This document shows, in pieces, positions 23,423-34,630 of a stretch of 37,512 nucleotides of DNA. The translations under genes and the position numbers were made by a program. The first letter of the stretch is position 1. The number at the start of each line of letters is the position of its first letter. The notes below the pieces were generated by a model, which was given only the letters and a program-made list of their open reading frames with translations, did not search any database and had not been told where the DNA came from. The DNA is from Octopus sinensis (lineage: Eukaryota): NCBI RefSeq assembly GCF_006345805.1, contig NW_021836874.1, forward strand, positions 1-37,512, written 5' to 3'.

Positions 23423-24351
23423 TGACGTTTTACTTCTGAGACTACCACGCACACACACACTAATACATTTTTATTTCTTCTCCGTAATATTTAGTTAATG
23501 CTAAGATCAACATGAAGAGACGCAGCAGCGAAACAATGGACATGTCACATATGAAGCAGTACTGGAAGAATGTGGCAAGAAATAACTAAATTCATAAAAA
23601 TATGTATAACTGTATATCTGTTCGATTAACATTCGTATTTATTGTTAATACGTTCCGGCAGATTCGAATGTGGATGTCCTAATCGCTGGTGTTCTTTACT
23701 ACAGAACAAGAACTTCTTTATGACGGATCTGTGTTCATAACACACTCTATTCTATAGTACAAGGGATTCTGGGGCAACTGATGTTTAGACATTGTTGTGA
23801 CCCATTAGCCAGAAGCTCCACCGTATCAATGACTGTAGTATGTTTATTGGCAACAATTACTACATCCTGTTAGAAAATTATTAACAAGACTACATGTCTT
23901 ATTTATAGGTCAATCGCTACGATGGTGATGCAGATTTTATTATACAGTACACAATCCAATGTTAGAAGCAAGAGATAAATGTGTCTTCTGACATCCAAGC
24001 ATGTACCATGTATCTGGTTGGAATTCTATCACTTTAATATGTTTCTTTTATAGCTCTCGAACTGATTCATATAAAGTTTAATACTAATATCAAATAAAAA
24101 TCCCTTCGCAGGACATTTTAAATATCTTCTTTATAAGAGCGTCATTAGTTTCTTGCTTGACACAGAAAAAGCATAATTTTATTTTACTAGGAACAAATAA
24201 CGCAGAAACGTAGTATTCTAAACATCTTTCATTATATTGTTAGGAACAAGAAGGAATATAGAAAGAAACACGTGGCTTATCAGAGTTGTAACTCTGTCTT
24301 CCGTTACTCACCTGCACTTTGCGGAGGAAGAAGAAACTACACCGAGAATAA

Positions 24352-24812
24352 TGGTGCCAAATTTTTAGCACAAACGAGCAATTTTAGTGGAAAGTGGTTA
24401 ATCGATTTCTTTGAAACCAGTGTATAACTGGTACTTATATTAACGACCACGAAACAATAAAAAGCCACATTGAACTCGGCACCATTTGAACTCAGAATGT
24501 AAAGAGCTAAGACAAATGTTGTTATACATTTTGTTCGACGCGCTAACAATTCTACCAGCGCGTCGCCTTTAATGAACAAGAATAACAATTTCAAATTTTG
24601 GCACAAGGCCAGCAATTTCGCGGGAGGAGATAAGTCGAATACATCGACCTTAGTGCTAAAATGATACTCTTTTTATCGATCCTGATAGGATGAAAGGCAA
24701 AGTCGACTTCAGCGGAATTGAACTCAGAGCGTAAAGGTGGATGAAATGCCGCAAAGCAATTTGTCCGACGCACTAGCAATTCTACCAGTTCGTCACCTTT
24801 AATGAACAAAAT
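24352..24812 (-). mobile_element. Two decayed tandem copies of SINE family B (~232 bp period)
   Basis: Both contain tgaactcaga..gtaaag and caattctaccag..cgtc.cctttaatgaacaa. Confidence 0.75.
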
Positions 24813-24871
24813 AATGCCTGACGTTTAAGTCGACGAGCTGCCTACATCGTTAGCATGCCGGACAAAATGCT

Positions 24872-25084
24872 TACTCTCTTTTACTCTCTTTTACTTGTTT
24901 CCGTTATTTGACTGTGACCAGGCTGGAGCACCGCCTTTAGTCGAGAGCAAATCGACCCCAGGACTTATTCTTTGCAAGCCTAGTACTTATTCTATCGGTC
25001 ACTTTTGCCGAACCGCTAAGTTACGGGGACGTAAATACACCAGAATCGGTTGTCAAGCGATGTTGGGGGGAAAACACAGACACA

Positions 25085-25135
<51 letters not shown>

Positions 25136-25322
25136 GTGTGTGTGTGTGTGTTTGTGTGTATGTATATATATACATATATATACGACGGGATTTTTTCAGT
25201 TTCCGTCTCCCAAATCCGCTCACAAGGCTTTGGTCGGCCCTAGGCTATAGTAGAAGACATTTGCATAAGGTGTCATGCAGTGGGACTGAACCCAGAACCA
25301 TGTGTTTGGTAAGCAAGCTACT
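24872..25322 (-). mobile_element. Full-length SINE family A
   Basis: Reverse complement of 15012-15424 along its whole length, including the (TTACTCT) tail. Confidence 0.92.
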
Positions 25323-26530
25323 TACCATACAGCCACTCATATGCTTAGCAGCATTTCTTTTAATTTTACATGTGTTCAATTTCCACTGAGGTCGACCTTT
25401 GTCTTTTGTTCTGGTTCCATAAAATAAATTCAAGTTGAACACTAGATGGATGTTATCAATTTATCCATTCAACCGAGATTGCTGTCCTTGTAGCAACATT
25501 TATATAGGTTCAGATGTGTATTGAACCCTCATCGATATTTCCTTCTACTTTTAACTTACCTCTTGTTCTGCTGCACACACATCCATGTTAATTTTCTCTC
25601 TTTCCATCTTCTTTAACTTTTGTTCGTTTTCTTCGTCGTTGTTTCTCTGTTCTCTTTACATCTTTACCGTTTTATTTCCTCTATTTCTTTGTCTCTCTGT
25701 ATCCCGCTCTGCTTCTCTCTATCTCTTTTTCTCCCCCCCCACCACTATTGCGAATATATTGTTTTTTTTTCTTCTTTCTCTCTCTCTCCTTAAATATGTA
25801 TGTTTTAATATCGAAGTTATTTTCACTCCATTAAATCATAAAGAAAATACTAATAATTATACCAAATAATAAATGTAATAAATACATTTATAATTCAATG
25901 TGAGAATAGGATTTATAGGAAATAATTGAGTTAGTTTGCTGTAATAGAAATTTCATCATCTGATAAATCAAATTGAAATGCTTGAATAGGTTATGTAACC
26001 AGGAGGGTAGAAAATTTTTGCAAATTAATGGAGGTAATAGTATGCTATTGTAAGACGAGAGAAACAGAGAGAACGATAACGCGAGAAAGAAGCGAGAGAC
26101 AGAGCAATAGTGAAAAGGAAGACAGAAAGAAGAGTGAAAGATAAAAGTAGACTACAAATTTTTTCCGTAAATGAACGGCCAATAGGAACGGATTTAGATA
26201 TAGAGAGGTTAAATTTGAAGAAAAGAAAGCTTTTTGTAAGTTAATGGAAGAGAAATGGGGTTGATAGAATCATAATATAGCAGGAGAGAAAATGAGTGAG
26301 TGACAAATAAAATTGATAAACTTGATGAGATAATGGTAAAAATCAAGAATATATGTTAAAAATATTGAAATAGAATTCATGAAGTAGGAATTATTATTTC
26401 CTCTTATAAGTAATGCCAATCTATCTTGGAATATAGAAAGAAAAAATCCAAACAAAGTAATCATCTATTAGAAATTTAGTTCTCTGCACCAAATATAACG
26501 TTATTGTTTTGGTCGAATTACAGAGGATCG

Positions 26531-26994
26531 GTTGAAATGCTTGACATATCGCCCTTAGAGTATTCCATTTTGGCTTGTCGATATACTTAGAGCGGTGAAG
26601 AAAATTCCACGGTGGTTTGTTCTGCCAGTTTGAGATCTGATTTCAAACCCCATTGAAGTCTTGATAATATAAAACTTCAAGCCAAAAACTGGGACGGTTA
26701 GTTCGAATTAACCCTTGTTGTAAACGGCTGGCCTTGTACCCAAGAAAATAATATTTAGAAGTTGAACTGCTTGACATATCGCTCTCAGAGTATTACATTT
26801 TGGATTGTCGATACACTTAGAGCGGTGACCAAAATGCCACGGTGGTTTGTTCTGCAAGTTTATGATTTGATTTCAAACCCCATTGAAGTCTTGATAAAAT
26901 AAAAGTTCAAGCCAAAATCTGGGACGTTTAGATCGAATTAATCTTTGTTGTAAAAGTCTGGCCTTGTACCTAAGAAATTAATATTTAGAGGTTG
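26531..26994. repeat. 230-bp tandem duplication
   Basis: gttgaaatgcttgacatatcgc at 26531 and gttgaactgcttgacatatcgc at 26761; collinear to aatatttaga. Confidence 0.95.
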
Positions 26995-27011
26995 GGGCTG
27001 GGGTGGATAAG

Positions 27012-27295
27012 GGTGGTGAACTGGCAGGACCATTAGCTTAATGACTTTTCATCTGTCTTTATGTTCTGAGTTCAAATTTTGCCGAGGTCGGCTTTGACTT
27101 TTATCCTTTTGGGTAATAAAATAAGTACCAGGCAAGTACTGGAGTCGATGTAAACGACTAACACCACCTGCACAAAAACTGCTGGCCACGTGTCAAAATT
27201 TTGAAGCCGTTATTTCGGAGGGTGGATTAGCAAAATCGTTTAAGCATCAGATAAACTGCCTTGCGGTATTTAGTTATAGTTCTGAGTTCAAGTCA
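27012..27295 (+). mobile_element. SINE family B copy followed by a second partial head
   Basis: ggtggtgaactggcagga...ttctgagttcaaattttgccgaggtcggctttg...aagtaccagg; second head at ~27222-27292. Confidence 0.75.
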
Positions 27296-27482
27296 GAACT
27301 AAAACTAAATACTACAAGATAACATAAAATAAAACATTCTAAATAATGTAGAACGTTCTAAAAATACAAGTGAAAATCAGACTATTTGCTACAAAATGGA
27401 ATCTACGCTAAAACGAGAAATCTAACCACCGATTCTCGAACACCTATACCTAGAATTTAAAACTGATATACGCAGAGAATAA

Positions 27483-27803
27483 CTGGTATTCCGTCGGTTA
27501 TGATGACGCATGTTCTAGTTGATCCGATCAAGGGAGAAGCTTGATAGTAAAATTAACGCGCAAGTGGTTGAGTACTCCACAAACACGCATACCCTTAACG
27601 TTGTTCTAAGAAAGACAGCTTGACAAAGAATGTTACAAAGCTGCCTCCTTCAACTATAGGTACTACTCATATTTGTCAGGTGAGTGGACAGGAACAATGT
27701 GAAATAAAGTGTCTTGCTTAAGGATACAAGGCACCACTGGTTATTGAACTCACGGTCGTACGCTCGTGAGCCGAATATCTTTAACACTAAGATACGCGCC
27801 TTC
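27483..27803 (-). mobile_element. SINE family C copy
   Basis: Reverse complement of the head (gaaggcgcgtatcttagtgttaaag...gagttcaat) and of the body (gtggagtactcaaccacttgc). Confidence 0.75.
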
Positions 27804-28083
27804 ATATATACGTCCGTTGGTTTCCTAGTGTACAGCTAATGGTTGTTAGCTCTTTATAAAAATATTATAACACATTTATTTATAACTAGATTGTGATGCC
27901 TTATAAGCTCAAATGAGCAGCCTATTTCTGCTTCCACAATGGTCGCTGAGCCACTGTTAGCATACATATTGTCTCAGACATCTACGTCGAATTCTACAAT
28001 ATATATATATATATATATCCTTGTAAAAAATGAAGTTCGAAAATGCTGCTGTATTATACAATTTTTAATTTTTATATATACAT

Positions 28084-28125
28084 TATAACATGTTTCAGTT
28101 CCTGAAATGAACCTTATCAAAAAAA
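28084..28125 (-). ncRNA. Minimal hammerhead motif with a U3:A8 core and decayed stem I
   Basis: Minus strand reads TTTT-TTGATAA-GGTTC(ATTTCAG)GAACT-GAAA-CATG-TT-ATAA; AACATGTT is palindromic. Confidence 0.55.
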
Positions 28126-28439
28126 GTTATATATAAAAAAAGACAGCTCATGCCGTCAAACACAAGAAATTCATTTATAATACACAACGGAGTCAGACAT
28201 CTTAGAGTTCATGTATAGTTGATATATAGTTCATGTATAGTTGATATATAGTTTGAAGTATATGTTCAAAGTGTTCGATGCAGTGGCCCACGGTGGCGAT
28301 ACGTATTCAATACAAAAAACAGATCAAAGTGGTGGAAAGCGGTCAATACAGAAGATTGATGTTTCCGAAAGAGCGAGGAATTCATTTTTACCTTAAGCAA
28401 TTGTGATGACCCATGGTGGAAGTTCGCTGGGTGGTATAT

Positions 28440-29585
28440 ATATATATACTCAGTATTGGGATACTTGGAACAAAACCTATATAAAAGTTGAAGAGAACTA
28501 CGGCATGGCATTTAAGAGACATATAGAGGACACTTGGAAAAGATACCTCAATGACTGTTTCCTAATCTGAACCAAATCCTTTTAAAATCTGGAAGAATTC
28601 GGTACCCTCCTCAAAAATCTATAACCTAGTCTCAAATTCACAAGATAAATGAGCAACACACAATTTCTTGACATAAGCATGATTAAAATCAACACCACAA
28701 TCACTACTGATATTTATTACAATAAGCACAGATACACACCAGTAACTAAATTTCAAATCATGCCACCCAACACGCACAAAATGCAATATCCCGTACTGTC
28801 TAGCCAGGATGATTTGTACTATAGTCGCCGATCCAAATACCAGAAATACACGACTTATAAAGCTCAAAGGATTTCTGCTCAAGCAAAATTATCCTTACCT
28901 ACTTATAGAAAATAGCATACAACGAGCAACTTAAGGCAACACAAAAAAGACGAACCCATCGAAGGAAGACAATACCATTTCTAGCAACACACTCCGCATC
29001 ACCAAAACATTTTTAACAGCATCAAAACAAATTTGCTAATCATAAAACAAATTGAAAAATTAAAAAAAAAACAACTTAATAGCTAATCAGACACTTATTT
29101 TAAGCAAAACGGCAACTACATAACCAAAAGAAAGTATTAACAAAGGGATAATTGTGCATTAAAAAACAGAGTAAAACTTTTACAGTACGCAAGTGTAATG
29201 ATAAAAGGAGAGGAACGTGTCAATACATGTATAATGGTAGATCTATTAGAACAAAAATTGGACAGATTTTCGCAAATGCAGATATGAACTGCAAAAGCAG
29301 AAATTTGATCTACTGCATTAAATGCCTGAATTGCACGGAACTATATATATAGGCGAGACAGGGAATGCATTATTAGAACGCTCACGAGTCCACACAGATA
29401 ACAAATGCGGAACACCAATGTTCCTCGAATTCCATTGAGGGAACATATACAGACAGGTGGTAAAAAAAATGCTTCTAATGTTTCCTTCCCACAAACTACA
29501 TGACACAAGTGAGATTGGAAGAGATATGAAAGAAAAACGGTTTATAAAATGTTCAAATCTAATCTGAACAGAAATACCAACAATA
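28440..29585 (+). mobile_element. Decayed Penelope-like element (Neptune-like): RT C-terminus, linker and GIY-YIG endonuclease
   Basis: WKRYLNDCFLI (a YLDD variant), FLDI..TTDIYY, LNFKSCHP..KCNIPYCLARMICTIV, KCNDKRRGTC and NCKSRNLIYCIKCLNCTELY[frameshift]IGETG..ERSRVH; many stops and frameshifts. Confidence 0.9.
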
Positions 29586-29729
29586 CTATAACAACCATTT
29601 AACGATGTGGATTAGAAAATATCTCTAGCATATGAATATAAACAAATTACAGATTATCGGAAGACCTGGCAAACCATGATGTTTAAACTGCATTCGGATT
29701 GGTGAAAACCGTATTTTAAACAGTCAGCC

Positions 29730-29777
29730 TCCAAAATATTTTCGTCGCTTTGAGGCCGCGACCTGTTCACTGACAAA
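29730..29777 (-). ncRNA. Minimal hammerhead-like motif with a G3:C8 core
   Basis: Minus strand reads TTTGTCA-GTGAACA-G-GTCGC(GGCCTCAAA)GCGAC-GAAA-ATAT-TT-TGG: 5-bp stem II, palindromic AAAATATTTT, only 2-3 bp of stem I. Confidence 0.55.
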
Positions 29778-30121
29778 GATTCGTACTGCACGAAGAGATG
29801 CAGCACGAAGCGCGCGCACATATATATTATTCAAAGCAATCCCAACTCAGTTTTTTATGTTTTATTTATATTCTTTATAATATTAATGTAGAATATAGAA
29901 TATATAGCATAAATAGTATATATAGTAAGATAAAATGAAGTATTGATTGTCTTTTTGAATAGATGATATGTTGAATATAAATTATTAAATATTAAGGGAC
30001 TAGTATACTTTCTTGTATTATAGCAGTCATCAAGGTCCCAGGTTGTGACCGGAGTGTTTCAACTGTGGTTGACTGCCTGTCTTTTCTCCTTTATATATGT
30101 TCCTGTGGGCAGTAGTAGTAG

Positions 30122-30164
<43 letters not shown>

Positions 30165-30166
<2 letters not shown>

Positions 30167-30430
30167 GGTCCCGGGTTGATCCGGGGTTAACCACAGTAAG
30201 TAAGGTACTCAATACATAGCAGAGTAAAATTAATTTATTATATAGAAGGAGCTTCTACAGGACTAGTACTGTTTCATTCAAGAGAAATCTTCAGGAAGCT
30301 ATTTAACATTTAGGCAGGTTTAAAGGAGTGGTGGTAGGGGACTTTTTTGGGGGTAGGCATAGCGCAAAATATCATACTTGGGGGAGTGGTCAAGGAGTCA
30401 GTGGTAAGTTAGATGAAAGAATAGATAAAT
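30165..30430 (-). mobile_element. Hammerhead-bearing pLTR-like cassette, long copy
   Basis: Contains the motif at 30250-30300. Its minus-strand 3' end runs into (TA)n, and 30233-30336 is inverted relative to 32869-32995. Confidence 0.75.
30250..30300 (-). ncRNA. Type I hammerhead ribozyme, identical to 32928-32978
   Basis: Exact reverse complement of AGCTTC-CTGAAGA-TTTC(TCTT)GAAT-GAAA-CAG(TACTAGTC)CTG-TA-GAAGCT. Confidence 0.85.
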
Positions 30431-30479
30431 AAAAAAATAAAAAATAAAAAATAAAAAATAGAAAAATAAAAAATAAAAT

Positions 30480-30565
30480 GTGTGCACATACATACATAAA
30501 CACATATACATACACACACACATACGTACACATGTGTGCCTATACATACCTACACATACACACAT

Positions 30566-30628
<63 letters not shown>

Positions 30629-30976
30629 ATATATATATATATATACACAATCCAATACAGGCCCATTCCCTAATTTTAATTTTATTATCTTCATTTATTA
30701 CTTTTGTTATCTTTGATCGCTAGAGCTAAGGATCCTGGCGATGGCAGCATGTCCAAATTGTCTGTCTACTAGAAGGCAAGTACTCGTTCCCGCACGCACA
30801 CTCATAGCACGTACATACACCCATTCGTACACTCATACACATACACGTACGCACGCGTTATATTCATACATACAAACATCTACATACGTTCACGTATATA
30901 CACATACGTACTCGTACCTACAGATTCATGTCTACACTTTAGGAGGCTAGTCTATATATACACCAATAAATATACA

Positions 30977-31008
<32 letters not shown>

Positions 31009-31134
31009 CACATATACACATACACACACACACACACATATATATACTCCTACATACAGATACATACCTATATATATATATATATATATACCCACACATA
31101 CATGTACATATATATATATATTATACATACATAC

Positions 31135-31169
<35 letters not shown>

Positions 31170-31397
31170 CATATACATACATACATACACACACACCCAT
31201 ATATATACACACACATACATACACATATATATACATACACAAACATATATACACACATATATATATATATACATATATACACACATACATACACACACCT
31301 ACATACATATACACACAAACACATACATACGTAAACATACATACATACCTCCATACATCCATACTTACATGCACTTATACGCATACCACACCCCCAT

Positions 31398-31460
<63 letters not shown>

Positions 31461-32001
31461 CACACTCACACATACATATACAAATATACGCCCACACATA
31501 CATACATACATACACGTATACGCATACACGCACATACACATATACATGCGTACCCATACACGTGCCCACACGCACATGCATCCATATGTATACACACACA
31601 CACATATATACACGTGTGCAAGCATACACACATACTCATACACGCACACATACTTACATATACATATATGCACACACTTACACACATATATACATACACA
31701 TATACATGCATACATACATATATGCATACATACACATACACGCACATACACATATACACATGCGTACCCATACACGTGCACGCACGCACGCGCATCTATA
31801 TATATACACACGCACACATATATATACACGTGTGCAAGCATACATACATACTCATACACGCGCACATACTTACATATACATATATGCACACACTTCCACA
31901 CATATATACATACACATATACATGCATACATACATATATGCATACATACACACACGCGCACTCATATATACATATACATATACACACACACATATATATA
32001 C

Positions 32002-32044
<43 letters not shown>

Positions 32045-32148
32045 TACACATATACACATACACACATATACATACATATACACATACATATATATACACA
32101 TATACACATACACATACATGCACACATACACACACATACACATACACC

Positions 32149-32188
<40 letters not shown>

Positions 32189-32280
32189 TACACACACATA
32201 CACATATACACATACATATATACACACATACATACATATACATACACACACACATACATATATACACGGATACACATACC

Positions 32281-32325
<45 letters not shown>

Positions 32326-32769
32326 TACACACACACACACATATACACATGCATATACTTATATCTCTACATACTCACATATAAACATATATATATATAC
32401 ACACACACATATATATACATGTACACACACATACACATATACATACATATATACACATACACACATACATATATATATATATATATACACATACATATAC
32501 ACATATATACATATATATATACATATATATATATATACATATACCCCCACATATATACATATATATATATATATACACACACACACACCCACACACACAC
32601 ATACATATACACATATACATGTATACATACGCAATAATGATACACATATATACACATACACACACACAGACAGATGCATATACATACATATATATATAAA
32701 AATTACATATCTATATAAATACATACATAATACACATATACACACACATATATACATACATATACATAC

Positions 32770-32804
<35 letters not shown>

Positions 32805-32822
32805 TATATATATTATATATAT

Positions 32823-32856
<34 letters not shown>

Positions 32857-32868
32857 ATATATATAATA
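30480..32868. repeat. Long (TA)/(CA)/(TACA) microsatellite field with a ~214 bp higher-order duplication
   Basis: catgcgtacccatacacgtgc occurs at ~31545 and ~31759, with collinear sequence downstream of each. Confidence 0.92.
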
Positions 32869-32927
32869 TACCACCACTCCTTTAAACCTGCCTAAATGTA
32901 TAAATGCTAATACAATTCTTGTTAAAT

Positions 32928-32978
32928 AGCTTCCTGAAGATTTCTCTTGAATGAAACAGTACTAGTCCTGTAGAAGCT
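32928..32978 (+). ncRNA. Type I hammerhead ribozyme
   Basis: 6-bp stem I AGCTTC/GAAGCT, canonical CUGAAGA and GAAA boxes, stem II TTC/GAA under a U-U pair, stem III CAG/CTG and a GUA site after 32972. Confidence 0.85.
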
Positions 32979-32989
32979 CCTTCTATATA

Positions 32990-33032
<43 letters not shown>

Positions 33033-33579
33033 TAGATAGATAGGTAGATAGATAGACAGAGTTATATACGCGTGTGTATGTAGACACGCACACACAAACT
33101 TACACATAAGCTTGGGAATATGCGTGTGTGTGTATCCATTGGGCGTTATGCCCACACTGCCAAAAGAATACTGAATATGGTAAATACAAGCCTGCACATG
33201 TCTTTTATGCATCAATATGTCTACGTTACTTTGGGTTATGCATATCCAGACTGCCAAGAAGATCAAAGGGAAGAATCCAAAGATTATAATCAAAGAAAAA
33301 TCAAAACCAATGAATTCTGATAGGAATTTTGATTGCTTTCGAACAAGACGTCATCCAGACGACCGTCGAGAATCTCTTGAGGCCGATGATCTAAAGAAAT
33401 GCGTAGTATTATGAGAGAACAATGGAACCGAAGATAAATATTATGTTAGATAATATTAAAAATAACAAATAGATTTAAAATCAATATACAAGTTCAAACT
33501 TTTATTCAAAATCGAAAACCATTCACTCAGTATGATATTTTCGATCCGATAACACATAACGTAAAGCAAATGATACATA

Positions 33580-33795
33580 TTGGTTGCAAATTTTTGACAC
33601 AATGCCTGCAGTTTCAAGGAAAGGGAAAAGCTGATTACATGATCCTCCAGTATCCAACTGGTCCCCATTGTGTTGACCCCCGAAATGCTGAAAGGAAATG
33701 TCGATCCCGGTAGAATTTTGAACTTACAACGTGAACACGGACGAAATGTAGCTAAGAATTTTGTGTACTTACGATTCTGCCAGTTCGCCGCCTTC
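33580..33795 (-). mobile_element. Decayed SINE family B copy
   Basis: gacccccgaaatgctgaaaggaaatgtcgat...ttgaactta...gattctgccagttcgccgcc. Confidence 0.7.
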
Positions 33796-33988
33796 ACAGA
33801 AAATTATAAATTATTAAAATATTGACTATTACATATAGCTCCAACTAAATCTCCGATAATGTTTTTTAGATTATGGTTTTAAAGAATGAACATAAATAAA
33901 TTTATTCAAGTACAAATCATTCTGTAAGAGAGACTAAAGTTTCCGACGCATGCAATATTATTGTTATTATTATTGTTATTATCATTAT

Positions 33989-34543
33989 TGAGTGAGAGAG
34001 CAGTGCATGCCATCGATGTGATACTGGGTAAAATATACGTAGCCCAGTATACCCATCATGACAACCAGTCTGATAAGGGTGCACAAGGCACATGCATCAC
34101 AAACATATGTGCGTGACTTGGTGATCCCATATCAAGATATACAGCACATGACCTTGCAGGTGGGGCCCAGTTAGACTATTCTTCTGGTCGAGTAACCCAT
34201 CCTGCTCAAAAGGGCCTTGAATAAGGGTTGTTTAAGTATGTTGAACGAAACACCCATATTTCCAAAGATTAATTATTCAAACCCCTAAGAATACTTCTCA
34301 ACACATGGCTATGATGCTCCCCACTACTTCTGCTCGTGATCAGAGATGCACATATCGTCAGACACAAATGGACATGCTCAACTGGTTAAGGTCAAACATC
34401 TGACAAGCAAATCTGTGGTATTGAGCAGAATATTTGCTGTAGCCCATCTTTTATACCAAGACAAAACAATGTACATGATAACACTTCCAATCAGCCAAGA
34501 TCAGAAGCCACGAGAGCCAGTGCCTGGTGCTGCATCAAGGCAT
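33989..34543 (-). mobile_element. Non-coding TAA-associated interspersed repeat, copy 3 (longest)
   Basis: (TTA)n on both sides; homologous to copies 1 and 2. Confidence 0.88.
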
Positions 34544-34564
34544 TTATTATTATTATTATTATCA

Positions 34565-34629
<65 letters not shown>

Positions 34630-34630
<1 letters not shown>

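Noticed and set aside
23895-23965. Possible exon VNRYDGDADFIIQYTIQ after ttatttatag
   Set aside because: Weak donor, no recognisable protein and no supporting neighbouring exons.
30952-32877. Long ORFs up to 431 aa rich in Y/I/H/T/C/V
   Set aside because: They are translations of (TA)/(CA) microsatellites, open in most frames on both strands.
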